A stretch of DNA of 64,000 bases from Dimorphilus gyrociliatus (taxonomy: Eukaryota; Animalia; Annelida). The DNA is taken from assembly GCA_904063045.1 (NCBI GenBank), contig CAJFCJ010000017.1, positions 372,001 to 436,000 on the forward strand, given 5' to 3'. A program made the translations under genes and the position numbers. Below are positions 36,986 to 48,233 of this stretch, piece after piece (position 1 is the first letter of the stretch; the number at the start of each line of letters is the position of its first letter). The notes below the pieces were generated by a model. That model was not told the DNA's origin and searched no databases. It saw nothing but the letters and a program-made list of their open reading frames with translations.

Positions 36986-39669
36986 CCTTTCTCTCTGTAT
37001 TCCTGCTCTCGCTGTTTTGTAGATAAGGTTATCTATTAATTGAGTTTGTCTAACTATATAAGTAGAATACTTTAGCTTTGATTTTGAAAGATGGTAAATA
37101 TTTATTAATAAATAATTTAGTGCCATCAGCACACAAACGTTAATGCACATATAGAAATTGAAGATGTTTGATTATTGACCATTCCCAATTTCCATCTATT
37201 TAGATAGAAAATGAAATTTAGATATGATTATTGATAAATTCTCTTTGTAGATTTTGATGAAGGGTATTCATGATCTGTTACTCATATATATCCTTCCACA
37301 TTCTTTCAATTCTTCTAAGCTGTGTGTATGCTTAATCTATTTCCTTTCATTATTTTTTTTTTCTACCCGTTGTCAGTATTTTTCCATCATTCATTTTCTG
37401 AAAATTTTCCATTAGTCTTTTAAATATATTTGACAAAGAAACATTTTTATCCTTACTTTCCTGTTTGGAAGCACTCATCTTATCAGCTAGTCTTTTGTAA
37501 ACTACTTTTAGCCTAGCTACAAAATTAGCTAGGCCTATGAAAACATATTACAGCGAGAACAGCCGGATTTGACAGATTTAGGCTTTTCGTATGAAAGCAT
37601 TAAAAAAAAAGAGTGAGAGAGTATGAGTAAGTGAGTGAGAGGGAGAGAGAATAAACTGAGTAACGAAAGACGATACAAAAAATCTTATCCGTCTAATTAG
37701 ACGCTTTTATTCATTAAAACGCTGCTAAAATCATTCATTAACTTTTCATAATTAACAAATTATACATAAAATTGACTCTTCGAAGATATTAGTTTAGAGA
37801 TCATCGACTTCAGTGACGAATAAACACCTTAAGAGTTTGTATATGCTTGAAGAAAATATGAACTTAAACATAAACTTTTCAAGTATAAATCAACATGTGC
37901 TAAATGACTAAAAGAAGATAAAATCCGTCTTCAACTTTCAGCTTTTTTTAATAACATATAGAAAAACTGGTAAAGATTGTTTCGTTGTAAACTTTCTATT
38001 TGATCTAATTGTTAAAACATTTCGAATCCATTAAGAATTTTAAGACGAGTTTCTTATCGAATCTCACATCATTAACAACCAAAAAGCCTCAATTAATAGT
38101 TAAAAAGCTCATGTCTTAAAACTAGACTAAAACTTTGTATTCCTTCAAGAAAGAAACATCCTAGTAAGTCTGCTGTCCAAATATCAAAACAATTATTCTG
38201 ATAAAGGTTTCTATTTGACTTTATTCAAAAGACAAGTTGAATTATTCATTAACTTATAAAATGTTTATACCGGAAGGAAGATTTTTTTTTTAAAATTCCG
38301 GTTTGTAGAATGTTATTAGAAACATTCTCTGGCGCCAAATAGATAGTATATACTGTATATTGTTAGTATTACGTAACAAATAGAATAAACTAAAATTAAT
38401 CAAAAGCCATAAGAATATAGTAAATAACTATGCCCTAATTTATATATATGATATACAAGTAATAAAGAAATTATTACCAATAAAAAAAAAAATCGTGCGG
38501 AAAAAGGAATTGGAATTGATCACGTTTAGGGTTTTTCTAACATTCTTGAGTTCTATATTGGCTAAATTATTTCAGGACCGGTTAGTACTTTCTGTCAGAA
38601 GTAAAATAAAATCCATACACTATATATATATATATAGATAGAGAGAGAGACAGTACATATCTTTGAGAGACGAAGAAAATTTCCACGGATGAGTTGTTTT
38701 CGGCGTTTCTCTTAGGAAATTGTAACTCTCTTTTTTTATCCCTACTTTAGAATATAACCTAGTTAGGGAAAACAATCGTTTTATTTTATAGAGGAATCTT
38801 TTTACATTACTGTCATTCATCTAATATGTTTCTTCCTGTCTTGGAATTAAAGGAGGAGGGAGAGGAAAGGAAAATATTTGAAAAAGCCTTGTATATATAT
38901 CCAAAGCGACCTCCGGCGTCCAATTAGGTTTCTTGCATCTCTAGTCTTCATTAATCCTTCTAGTTATTTAAATAAAGCGACGCTGCAAAAAGTTTGAATT
39001 TTCTACGACAAAGGTCAATTTCTCTTGACCTTAGTCTATTCCTCTTTTCGACTAGCTCAACTATGCATATTAGAACGAAACGTCATTTTATAATTATATT
39101 ATAATTCTATCTATTCTAAAGTGTACCGAAATTTTTAGACGCCTAGAACAGAGTTTATCATACCGATAGCGAATACTCGGGAAGATGTCAATAAACCGAA
39201 ATTATTCTCGTATAATTTTGTATTTACTACGCAATTGGTCAAAACTTTCTCATCTATGGGAACCGAGTAACGACGGGTAATTAAGTTCACAATTTGCACT
39301 TAGATTTTCCCTATCGTTCTTTTTTTTATCCACAGACTGTCTAATTATATCGCTTAATAATTGGCTTGCTTTTCCAATACTTCCAACTGGTTTAATTATA
39401 GGAATAAAAAAAAAAAGAAAGATTAATAATAGTTGCTGTACGATTTTCTTTCTTTCTTTGATAAAACTATGGGCGTCTCTTTTATTAAAAAACAATAACA
39501 TCAACTAGAAGCAACTAACAGTAAAGACCGTTACATGTATATATATTTATATATATATTCGTACGTGTACCGAAACTCGGTGTCTAATTATTGCCTATCA
39601 GAGAAGAAATGCTAAGAGGGATATTACTTAAAAACTATAGAAAGTAGGACAAGGAAAAGCACAGGAAAA

Positions 39670-42600
39670 TCAATAGTATGTTTCTTGTTCTATCCAGCTT
39701 CCAGGATATCTTCGTATCAAGTACTTTCTAACCTCGTCATACACGAAAATGGCCAAGGAGAACGGCATTGGTGGGATCCACCACTGGAATCTGAGCGGAT
39801 ACATTCTCAATCCCCTATCCAAACCTGGACAGTAGGCCAAGAAAGCTGCAAGAGATGTCTCGAAAAAGAGACCGAATGTTAAATGATTATTCAACATTCC
39901 CTGATGAACGATGGAGTTTCTTCTTGTCTTGCAAATACATAAATCGGCCCATTGTACAATAACGATACTGACGAAGAAAGCAGTATGGCATGTAAATTCT
40001 AGAACTTTTCTTTGAGCATAGGTCCATTCTTGACCATAAGAATCTTCTAAATCGTTAACACCCTTTGCGTCCCATTCTCGGCGAATACCGATCAGTCTCT
40101 TGGGCCAGAAACCATTTTCGCATAAAATAACGAAATAAACGAAAAATCCCGCAAGAGCTTGGAACATACCAATTTGACCATAAGCCATACCGATCAAACG
40201 ATGATTAACTAAATTGTCGCGTTTAGGATCTCTTGGTTGACGCTTCATTATGTCAGATTCGGCTTGTTCGTAGGCGAGAGAGATAGCGGGAACCAAATCG
40301 GTACCCAAATCGATACATAAAATGGTAATAGTTCCCAATGGCAACGGGATGTCTAGTAAAATGAAAAACAAGAAAGGCGAAATTTCGGGAATATTGGATG
40401 TAAGAGTATAGGCAATACTCTTCTTTAAGTTATCAAAGATAAGACGACCCTCTTCAACTCCTGTGACAATGGAAGCGAAATTATCGTCTAGCAAGATCAT
40501 ATCAGCGGCTTGTTTAGATACATCAGAACCAGCAATACCCATGGCAACACCAATATCAGCTTTTTTCAAAGCGGGGGAATCGTTAACACCGTCACCTGTT
40601 ACAGCTACAATTTGTCCTTGTCTTTGACAACCTTCTACGATAATCAATTTTTGTTGAGGAGAAGTACGTGCGAACACAATTTCGTTGTGATGTTGTAATA
40701 TACCGTCAATTTCGTAAGGGGTCATATCTCTTAAGTCTGTTCCATGGACAACGCATGCTTTGGCGTCTCTTGGATTAACTTCTTTAACATCAACACCCAG
40801 TCTTTGTGCAATATCTTCAACAGTTTCATTTCCTTCAGAAATAATACCGACACCCTTAGCAATGGCTTTGGCAGTAATCGGGTGATCACCAGTAACCATA
40901 ATTACTTTAATACCAGCAGAACGGCACTTAGCAACAGCATCTGGTACGGCAGCTCTCGGAGGATCAATCATAGACATTAGGCCAACAAAACGAAGTCCAT
41001 TTAATGGAAAGTTCTCTTCATCTGGATCGAAGTTATATCCAATTGGATAATCTTCAGCTGGTAGAGTGTAATCGCAAAAGCCCAAAACACGTTCTCCCAA
41101 ACCTCCCAATTCCATGTAAGCTTCGTTAAAGTTGCTCTTCCACTCTTCAGTCATCGGTAATTCTTCTCCCTTAACTAGAATAGTACTGCAACGGTCCAAA
41201 ATTCTTTCAGGAGCACCCTTCATAACCAATAAATAGCGAGGATCGTCTTTATCGTCAGTTTCGTGGATAGAAACTTGATATTTGTTGGTCGAATTGAAAG
41301 GAATTTCGCATATTTTCTTGTTACGTTTTCTGTAGTCTTGTACATTTCCAATGGATAATTCGCAACATTTCAACAAAGCAGATTCTGAAGCGTCACCGTT
41401 AGTTTCTCTCTTAAGGATCGGTTGACTTTCTTGGCCGGCTTTAAATTCGGCTCTGTTACAAAGCATCGCTACTCTGCTTAGAGCAAGGAAGGTGGAAGAA
41501 TCTCTATCAAATGCGGAGCCACTTTGGTCTTCAGTTGTATCAGTTTCAACGATATTATTATCGAACCACATATGTGCAACGGTCATACGATTTTGGGTAA
41601 GGGTACCAGTTTTGTCAGAGCAGATAGTGGATGTTGAACCAAGGGTCTCTACAGCCTCTAAATTCTTTACCAAACAATTTTTGCTAGCCATTCTCTTTGC
41701 CGTAAGCGTCAAGCATACAGTTACAGTAGCCAGAAGACCTTCAGGTACATTAGCTACAATGATACCGATAAGGAAAATAACGGCTTCCAACCAGCCATAA
41801 CCTAAGATAAAAGCAATAATGAAGAAGCTTATACCCAAAAAGACGGCAACAGCAGTGATAATGTGAATAAAATGAGCGATTTCTCTAGCAATCGGGGTCT
41901 CTCCCATTTCCAAACCAGAGGCAAGATTGGCGATACGGCCCATAACAGTTCTATCACCAGTGTTGATAACCATTCCTTTGCAGGTACCTTCGACAGCATT
42001 TGTGGAGAAAAAGGCTAGATTCTTAGTTTCTAATGGATTTTCGTGCGTAAACTCGGCGGAACGGCTTTGTGGTTCAGATTCACCAGTCAAGGACGAATTA
42101 TCGACCTTAAACCCATGAGCTGCGATAACACGTATATCAGCTGGAACTCGATCACCAAATTTCACTTCGACAACATCACCAACAACTAATTCTTCCGCAC
42201 GAACATTTAATTTTTGTCCGTCACGGATTACAATAGCAAATTGAGGTACCATGTTCTTAAACGAATCCATAATTCTTGATGATTTTGCATCTTGGTAGTA
42301 CGAAAAGCAACCAGTAACAACCACTACCACCGTCAGTACAATACCTAAGTACAAGTTATCGCCAGGGGCTTCTTCGTAAGTAGACGCTTGAATGGAATAG
42401 GCAACGAAACATAAAATGGCTCCAATCCACAGCAAAAGTGAAAAGCCGCCAAATAGTTGTTTGCAAAATTTAACCCATTCAGGCGTAGTTTTTGGTGGAG
42501 AAAGTTCATTTGGTCCATCTCTTGCCAGTACTCGTTTAGCTGTTTCAGAAGTCAAACCGCTATCAGGGTTACTCTCAAAACGAGCGTAGAGTTCATCGAT

Positions 42601-43025
42601 TGGAACTTTGTGCTCATCCAATTCCAACTCTTGCTTAAGATCGTCAAGTTCGTCCTTTTTCTTTCCTTTCTTGCTCTTTTTATCATTGCCTTTATCGGCA
42701 ACTGCCCGTCTGTACTCACCAGCTTCTTCGGCCTACAAAAAAGAATAGAAGAATGAAGAAATCTTATCTTATCGCATTTTTTTTCTATATTTAACTGATA
42801 ACGCCCCTAACTGCGTCAGGTAAATCGTTCAACAATTGATTCTCATGACATTGAGAAAAGTTTAAAGGGATACAATTGTATAAAGAAATGGAAATATGAA
42901 TAATAAACCGGAAAGATACAAATTAGTTCTAAGACTCGCAATAATAGTAACGCCCTTGATGTAGGACTATACTTATTCAACATTAAATGTTTCTTTAAAA
43001 CATAATCTCATACCTTGGAAGTCAT
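39670..43025 (-). CDS. ATP1A: Na+/K+-ATPase alpha subunit, 1024 aa
   Basis: Micro-exon 43025-43014 (MTSK) plus one 3063-nt exon 42732-39670. [49 protein letters not shown]-terminal ETYY. H1-H2 loop retains Q and N at the ouabain-sensitive boundary positions. Confidence 0.99.
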
Positions 43026-43984
43026 TTCCTATGTAAAGGAACGCTCGTAATAGAAGAATAAACACTTCAATAAGAAGCAAAAATTGACAAAATCGATATC
43101 AAGTTCTCCGCAGAGCTGAGCAGCTGCAGCCGTGGGCGTTCCAGATCGTCAAATAAATCTTATCTACATAGATTAGCGCATGCGTCGACGAAAAATATAT
43201 CACGTGACGGCGCTGCAATCAATATACAAGATAAGAACCAAACGGAAAATTTTCGCGATATAATATCGTGTAACAAAAAGTAAAAAATGGGCAAATAAAC
43301 CCTTAAGGGAGGCTGTCAAGGGATGAAAGAAGAAGGGAAATAAGGCCTAATAAAAATTAGGAACTACTTTATAGATTGTTTTATCCTAATTGCTCTCTTA
43401 AACGTTAAAAACAGGCGTTCTAAAAAGCTGAAAAGGTCGCGTACAAAATATAAAATGTCTATTGAAAAGTTCAAAAGCTACCACTAACAAAGGAGTATAA
43501 AGTCTAAACTGGAATGAAAAATTCCTCTCTCTCTCTCTCTCTCGCTCTCCCCTCTCCCCTCCTTCCTATAAACACTTTACAGCTTCGTAGGCCTTTTAAA
43601 TGTAAGAGTTTCGAATCTTTCGTCAACTTAACCTTGTCGGCACTAAATTTTATAGTTTCTGAGCAGAAGAAAAGAATGAAAGGAGAAAAGAAGAGAGGAA
43701 CTGGTAAGATACGGAAATTAAAAACAAAATAAAGCAAGGATACAGTGTAGGGAAAAAGCACACAAAAAGGGACATCAAATTCGATATTCATTAAGCATTC
43801 ACTTCATTTATTCCCCGCTATGCACAATTTCCAACCCTTATAGCACTTTTGCACAGCCTTATTACCATTATTATTCGTCTAACGAATTTGCCCAGTTTTT
43901 CTACTAATATTATCATTCCATAGAGGCTTTTTTTTATTGATATGTTTATATTAGTCTATTATTAAATATCATACTGTTTAGTAA

Positions 43985-44375
43985 TACAGTACTGGAAAAA
44001 ACTGTAAATCCTTCACTTCTAGATTCCTCAGGAATCCAGAAGATTTATGATTTAAGGAAAGAAATTAGCAGCAAACTTAACTTTATGGAATATTCTCCAT
44101 GAACGGAACATGGAATAGGAAAACTTGATGAAAAAGACAACAATATACGTAGAAGAGTTTTCTATGAAAGAAAGGACTTTCTGCATTCTGCTAAGCTCAG
44201 AATGAAGGCAGAAGACTATGCTGCTACTTTACAAGACCATTTTGTTCCTTCCGCTCATTATTTATATGATTCAGAGGGTATTTTATAGAAAGGATGAAGC
44301 TCGCTATACATAGAGCTTTTAAAATATAAAGCTACTTAGCAGATGAAGGGATAGTGAAACTAAAGTATTAATATA
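43985..44375 (+). mobile_element. Degenerate, internally deleted Tc1/Tc3-like DNA transposon relic
   Basis: TA+CAGTACTGG terminus-like sequence at 43985-43995. Broken frame (IY)DLRKE...RMKAEDYAATLQDHFVPSAHYLY...AIHRAFKI*SYLADEGI, resembling Tc3/Tc1 'WHDLRKE', 'MNS.DY..IL..HLLP', 'NA.IH....K..L...GI'. Has stops and a frameshift; no matching right TIR found. Confidence 0.7.
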
Positions 44376-44954
44376 TTCATGTCCTTTAAGAGTAATATAT
44401 AATTGTAAAAAAATTTTTATTGTCTAGTTTATTCTTCATACTTAAGCCTATAATCTTCGTCATATCCTCCCAAGCATACTTTGTAATCAAGTATAAAATT
44501 ATTTAAATGGCATCGTTACTATATTCTCTTATCTGCCAACCTTCATGACCTAATCCTTTTACTTAGTTAATTTCCAGAAAACAGGTAACTTAATTTGTTC
44601 CCTAATGACCGAGAAAACGACCATAAGCACGTTCTCTCTTTTTTTATGCAATATACAACTAAGAGTCAATAATTAATTCTGGTTAAAATAGGAATTAATA
44701 TTGCAAAATCCCTTAACACAAAGAAATAGGCCTTGATACAAATCCCCGTTAATTCCCTTTTTAACATGGAAATACTATGTCAAGAGCAGAGTCTCAATTA
44801 CTTGAATTGTTTATTTTACAAATAATTTAGAATAAGGCATGTCTTTAATAAAAACAAAAAAGAGATTCAGAAGAGAGAGAGAGAGATAGGAATAAAAGGG
44901 AAAAAAATGTGAGAATAATAGTTTTGTACGAAATATTTGAGTATTCAATACTTT

Positions 44955-45509
44955 TCATTCAAAGTAAAATCCATATACAGCAGCGTAGGCTGACAAGGAG
45001 GAATTTTTGTAGGAAGCCGTTGCATAAGAATCGGTTTGTTGATTCGATAAACATCTGGAAGCTGTTTGCATAGATTGTCGACCATTTTGAGTGATTGTCA
45101 CCTCTGAAACAAATTTATAACGAGGAAATTTCATTGATTTGACTCTCTCTTTTAATATTTCAGCGATATTCTTTGCCAGTTTGCCACACATTGTTTCTTC
45201 GTAAGTTTCACCGGATAGATAATTTTCCAGAACTTCGGCAATAACCCTACTTACCTCTCCGCTACTAAACTTTTCACCATTTTTCGGTTCTAAGCGATAA
45301 GTATTTGCCAACCGAACCGGCATTTTCGGTACGACGTAGTCGCCGGTTCTTTGACTACCCGCGAGAGAAGGTCGCCTCATATTGTACATTGACATTTTTC
45401 GAGAGGGATCTATCACTCTCGACATTCTCCGATGAGGAGGTGCCAGGGAAGGAACATGGCTATCACTCGAATTTGAAATAGACGCTTTTCTCTTCGGTTC
45501 CGAATCCAT
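44955..45509 (-). CDS. Tctex1-domain dynein light chain-like protein (TCTEX1D1/DYNLT5 type), intronless
   Basis: ATG at 45509 (MDSEPK). Ser/Arg-rich N-terminus; LANTYRLEP; LAKNIAEILKERVK..FPRYKFV; SRCL....DSYATASYKN.SL.AYAAVYGFYFE*. Confidence 0.92.
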   Translation of the reverse strand: MDSEPKRKASISNSSDSHVPSLAPPHRRMSRVIDPSRKMSMYNMRRPSLAGSQRTGDYVVPKMPVRLANTYRLEPKNGEKFSSGEVSRVIAEVLENYLSGETYEETMCGKLAKNIAEILKERVKSMKFPRYKFVSEVTITQNGRQSMQTASRCLSNQQTDSYATASYKNSSLSAYAAVYGFYFE

Positions 45510-45673
45510 AATTGTCGATGGAAAGCGCAAGAGAGAAAAGAAAGAATTTCGGAAGAGTTAATAAAAAGCTCGTACGACTTAATTATCGCTCGCTTTTCAC
45601 TATAACAACGCGCATACAATAGGTATCTTATGAACTGTTCAACTATTGATTTATACAGTTGACCAATCCGCGC

Positions 45674-46813
45674 CTATTTATTCTGTAGTTGATAAGCAAC
45701 GATCGAATTGTCGCTTCTCATTTCGTTGCATTTATAACAAGGTAAAGCAGACCACATTTTCTTCGTTTGATCCTTGCCAACAGCGTCAGCATTCCATGCC
45801 CCCAAGCCTCGTAAACGCCTTATAATAGCATACTTATACTTGATTTTCAAGCTGTCTACATTATCGAACCAAATCTGATGATAAATCTTTTTAGCGTTAT
45901 TGAAATAAGTAAAGTAAGGCGATTCGGCGATTTTCTCCCAATGTACCGTGTAATTCTTACTGAAAGCGGCAATATCTTCGATATTTCTCTGACTTCCTGA
46001 AGCGTCACTACAATTTACCCCCCTAAATGGAACTTTCTTTATCCAACATTTTCTAGTTTCCACTTCGTATTTGATGCAGGGATAGTCGTAACCGTACCAC
46101 GGCACCCCTAGGACTAATTTTTCAATAGGAATTCCTATCTTGGAATATCTTTCTACTCCGTGAATGGTCGTATTCAAAGCTGAATTTGCCCACGCAATAC
46201 ATTCATCGTAAATTTGACTTCTTTCATCATATGACATGACAAATAGGAAATCAGTGCTAGATGCAATTCTAAAATAATCATAACAACGTTGATCAATGCA
46301 GTCAGGTGACCAAGCTACATCGAAGGTAATTTGTAATCTTGGATCGGCTTTTTTAAATACTCTATAAGTCTCCTCAACTAATTTTGATAATCCATCTTTC
46401 AAGTCAATCCTAGTTGACGATATTGCATCCTCAAAGTCGAAATTGATACCATCCAAATGTTGAGTCAGGGTAAACTTTAATTTATCTTGCACCCACTGGC
46501 TTCTGGCCGAGGAGTTGGATAATTGATTTGTCGGATAATTGGCTATCGAAACAACTCTGACACGTCGTTCATGGGCAAAACAAACCAACTGTGGATCATG
46601 ATAGCCAACTTCGACAACAGTAGTTAATGTTGTAAAATTATACGCCCTCCAATTGTTCTTTCTTAGGCTAAACATAAAAATCTCTTTACGATTTTCTTTT
46701 ACTGATACAGGCCTACATAGTTCCTCCCGGTCGCAATGGCAAGAAAAAGCTTTGGCGGTAGTAATTAGGCAAATTAAAAAAAAAGTCCTAAAAACAAATT
46801 TAAACGCCGACAT
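45674..46813 (-). CDS. CTBS: Di-N-acetylchitobiase (GH18, lysosomal), intronless
   Basis: Signal-peptide-like MSAFKFVFRTFFLICLITTAKA, then CHC...LC.P; DGINFDFE (catalytic Glu intact); TFDVAWSP; FVMSYDE; LVLGVPWYGYDYPC; WFDN..SL..KY; GLGAWNAD. An in-frame upstream ATG lies at 46882. Confidence 0.95.
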   Translation of the reverse strand: MSAFKFVFRTFFLICLITTAKAFSCHCDREELCRPVSVKENRKEIFMFSLRKNNWRAYNFTTLTTVVEVGYHDPQLVCFAHERRVRVVSIANYPTNQLSNSSARSQWVQDKLKFTLTQHLDGINFDFEDAISSTRIDLKDGLSKLVEETYRVFKKADPRLQITFDVAWSPDCIDQRCYDYFRIASSTDFLFVMSYDERSQIYDECIAWANSALNTTIHGVERYSKIGIPIEKLVLGVPWYGYDYPCIKYEVETRKCWIKKVPFRGVNCSDASGSQRNIEDIAAFSKNYTVHWEKIAESPYFTYFNNAKKIYHQIWFDNVDSLKIKYKYAIIRRLRGLGAWNADAVGKDQTKKMWSALPCYKCNEMRSDNSIVAYQLQNK

Positions 46814-46902
46814 ATTAGGTATCATGTGATATGTATTGAAGTCACGTGATAAGGAAGTTATAAAGAAACCTAATGACGCCATCTACAGGTCTGAAAAATA
46901 TT

Positions 46903-47416
46903 CTATTTTCTTTTCAACTCCTTCACAATATCCATGATGGGGACTGTACCCTCCAAGTTAGGGTCAACAACTCGAATTAGTTCTTCGATATTTTCATCTT
47001 TCAGACGTTCGGCCATTGTTGTAAGGGAATGCTTTAAGTCGCCTGTGGAGATTACACCATCCCCTCTCTTATCAAAAATGCTCAGAGCGTCCTGTAGATC
47101 TTTCTCATTAGTCACGTATTTATTCGGGTCTGGTCCTATTATTTGAACGAGTTGCTGAACCGTAGCTTTTTGACCGATTTGATCCAAGCCCTTTTCGAGA
47201 TTCTTTAATTCCGATTCGCTTGGGTTTAAACCTACCGATCGGAGAACAATGGGTAATTCAGTTTTGTTTATTGCTCCATCGTTGTCGTAATCGAAGAGAG
47301 CATAGACCTGCTTTAGTTCCTCTGTTAATTCGGCTTGCGTAAGCTGTTACGTGATATAAAAGAGATTGGAAATGAGCAGAAGAGAGGAGAAAAACTGTCA
47401 AAAAACTTACAGTCAT
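46903..47416 (-). CDS. Calmodulin-like / myosin light chain-like EF-hand protein, 148 aa
   Basis: Exon 47416-47411 (ATG ACT, donor gtaagt) plus exon 47343-46903: ELKQVYALFDYDNDGAINKTEL.IVLRSVGLNPSESEL...LQDALSIFDKRGDGVISTGDLKHSLTTMAERL.DENIEEL. EF2 and EF4 are degenerate. Confidence 0.9.
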
Positions 47417-47612
47417 ACTTGGGCGTGATTCCTTAGACAAAGTATAAGCTTCTTTTATCAACCGGAACTATGCAGGTATTTTACTGCGCAGGTGCAAAAA
47501 AAAAATAACATACGTTAGACGGTAGATGGCGCGAAAAAGTTGTTGAATTCAAGCCCGGAGGGTAATTCGATTTCGAACACATCTGTCGGCCACCCGCATT
47601 TCGGCGAAAGGG
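47417..47612. promoter_or_regulatory. Bidirectional promoter region calmodulin-like / Olig-like, with CTCF-like site
   Basis: 196 bp between divergent ATGs; GACGGTAGATGGCGCG at 47518-47533. Confidence 0.55.
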
Positions 47613-47938
47613 ATGGACGAGACGAACGCCGCAAGGGAACTGGTCAACGCAAGAGAAAGGCAAAGAATGTACGAATTGAACAAGGCCTTGGACGCTCTTC
47701 GGCAGGTCATGCCTTATGATCACGGACCAACCGTGAAGAAGATGTCTAAAATGGCTACACTTTTACTCGCTAGAAACTATATATTACAAGTAAGTAGATA
47801 AATGAATTATTAATAATTCACTCTAAAAATAGATGATTCATGCACAAAAATAAACCATCGCAGTTACTGAAGACGCAATCTGAACTCAGGGGAGTTTTAT
47901 TCGACTTGTACAGAGAAGGGTTTTCGAAAGAAACATAA
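47613..47938 (+). CDS. Minimal Olig/Beta3-class bHLH transcription factor, 83 aa
   Basis: [47 protein letters not shown] matches the Olig loop signature [21 protein letters not shown]. Exons 47613-47789 and 47864-47938; the second exon [16 protein letters not shown] aligns with the Olig post-bHLH helix. Confidence 0.85.
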
Positions 47939-48233
47939 AACCAGCTTTATCTAACCGGTCATGCGTAAAAGAGGAACTGACGCCTTCTCTTATGGACCTT
48001 ATATTGAATTTCTTGTTTTCACTTAGCGTTATTGCCTCAGTTTACCTTTTCAAAAATAAAATAGCGCGATTTGTAAAATAGGCCTAACACCTAGTGCCTG
48101 TCTACAATAGTGCGCCATCTACATTTGACGTCATTTCGTCTACGCTGATTGGTCGGCGGCTTTCTAGGTCAATCGGGGTCAATAAATTCGCCTACCGTCC
48201 TCATTCCGCCGCTCGCTTTCAATCCGGCAGCAA

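Noticed and set aside
36725-37150. Overlapping ORFs of 69-104 aa, including a stretch open in all three plus frames
   Set aside because: They run into (CT)n/(GA)n microsatellite with no homology recognised. The minus-strand exon-like piece is closed in all frames. Not supportable as coding.
37690-38300. AT-rich block that looks like decayed coding sequence
   Set aside because: All frames I tried are heavily interrupted and I recognised no TE or protein motif.
42300-42420. Possible cardiac-glycoside resistance substitutions in the Na/K-ATPase H1-H2 loop
   Set aside because: The loop [12 protein letters not shown] keeps Gln and Asn at the two boundary positions, the sensitive state, so nothing unusual.
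39685-42756. Several plus-strand ORFs of 62-102 aa over the Na/K-ATPase gene
   Set aside because: Antisense shadows caused by codon bias; no independent motifs.
46814-46882. 23-aa N-terminal extension of chitobiase given by the ORF track
   Set aside because: The signal-peptide-like segment starts at Met 46813 and the extension overlaps promoter-type motifs. It is kept only as an alternative in the gene-trio finding.
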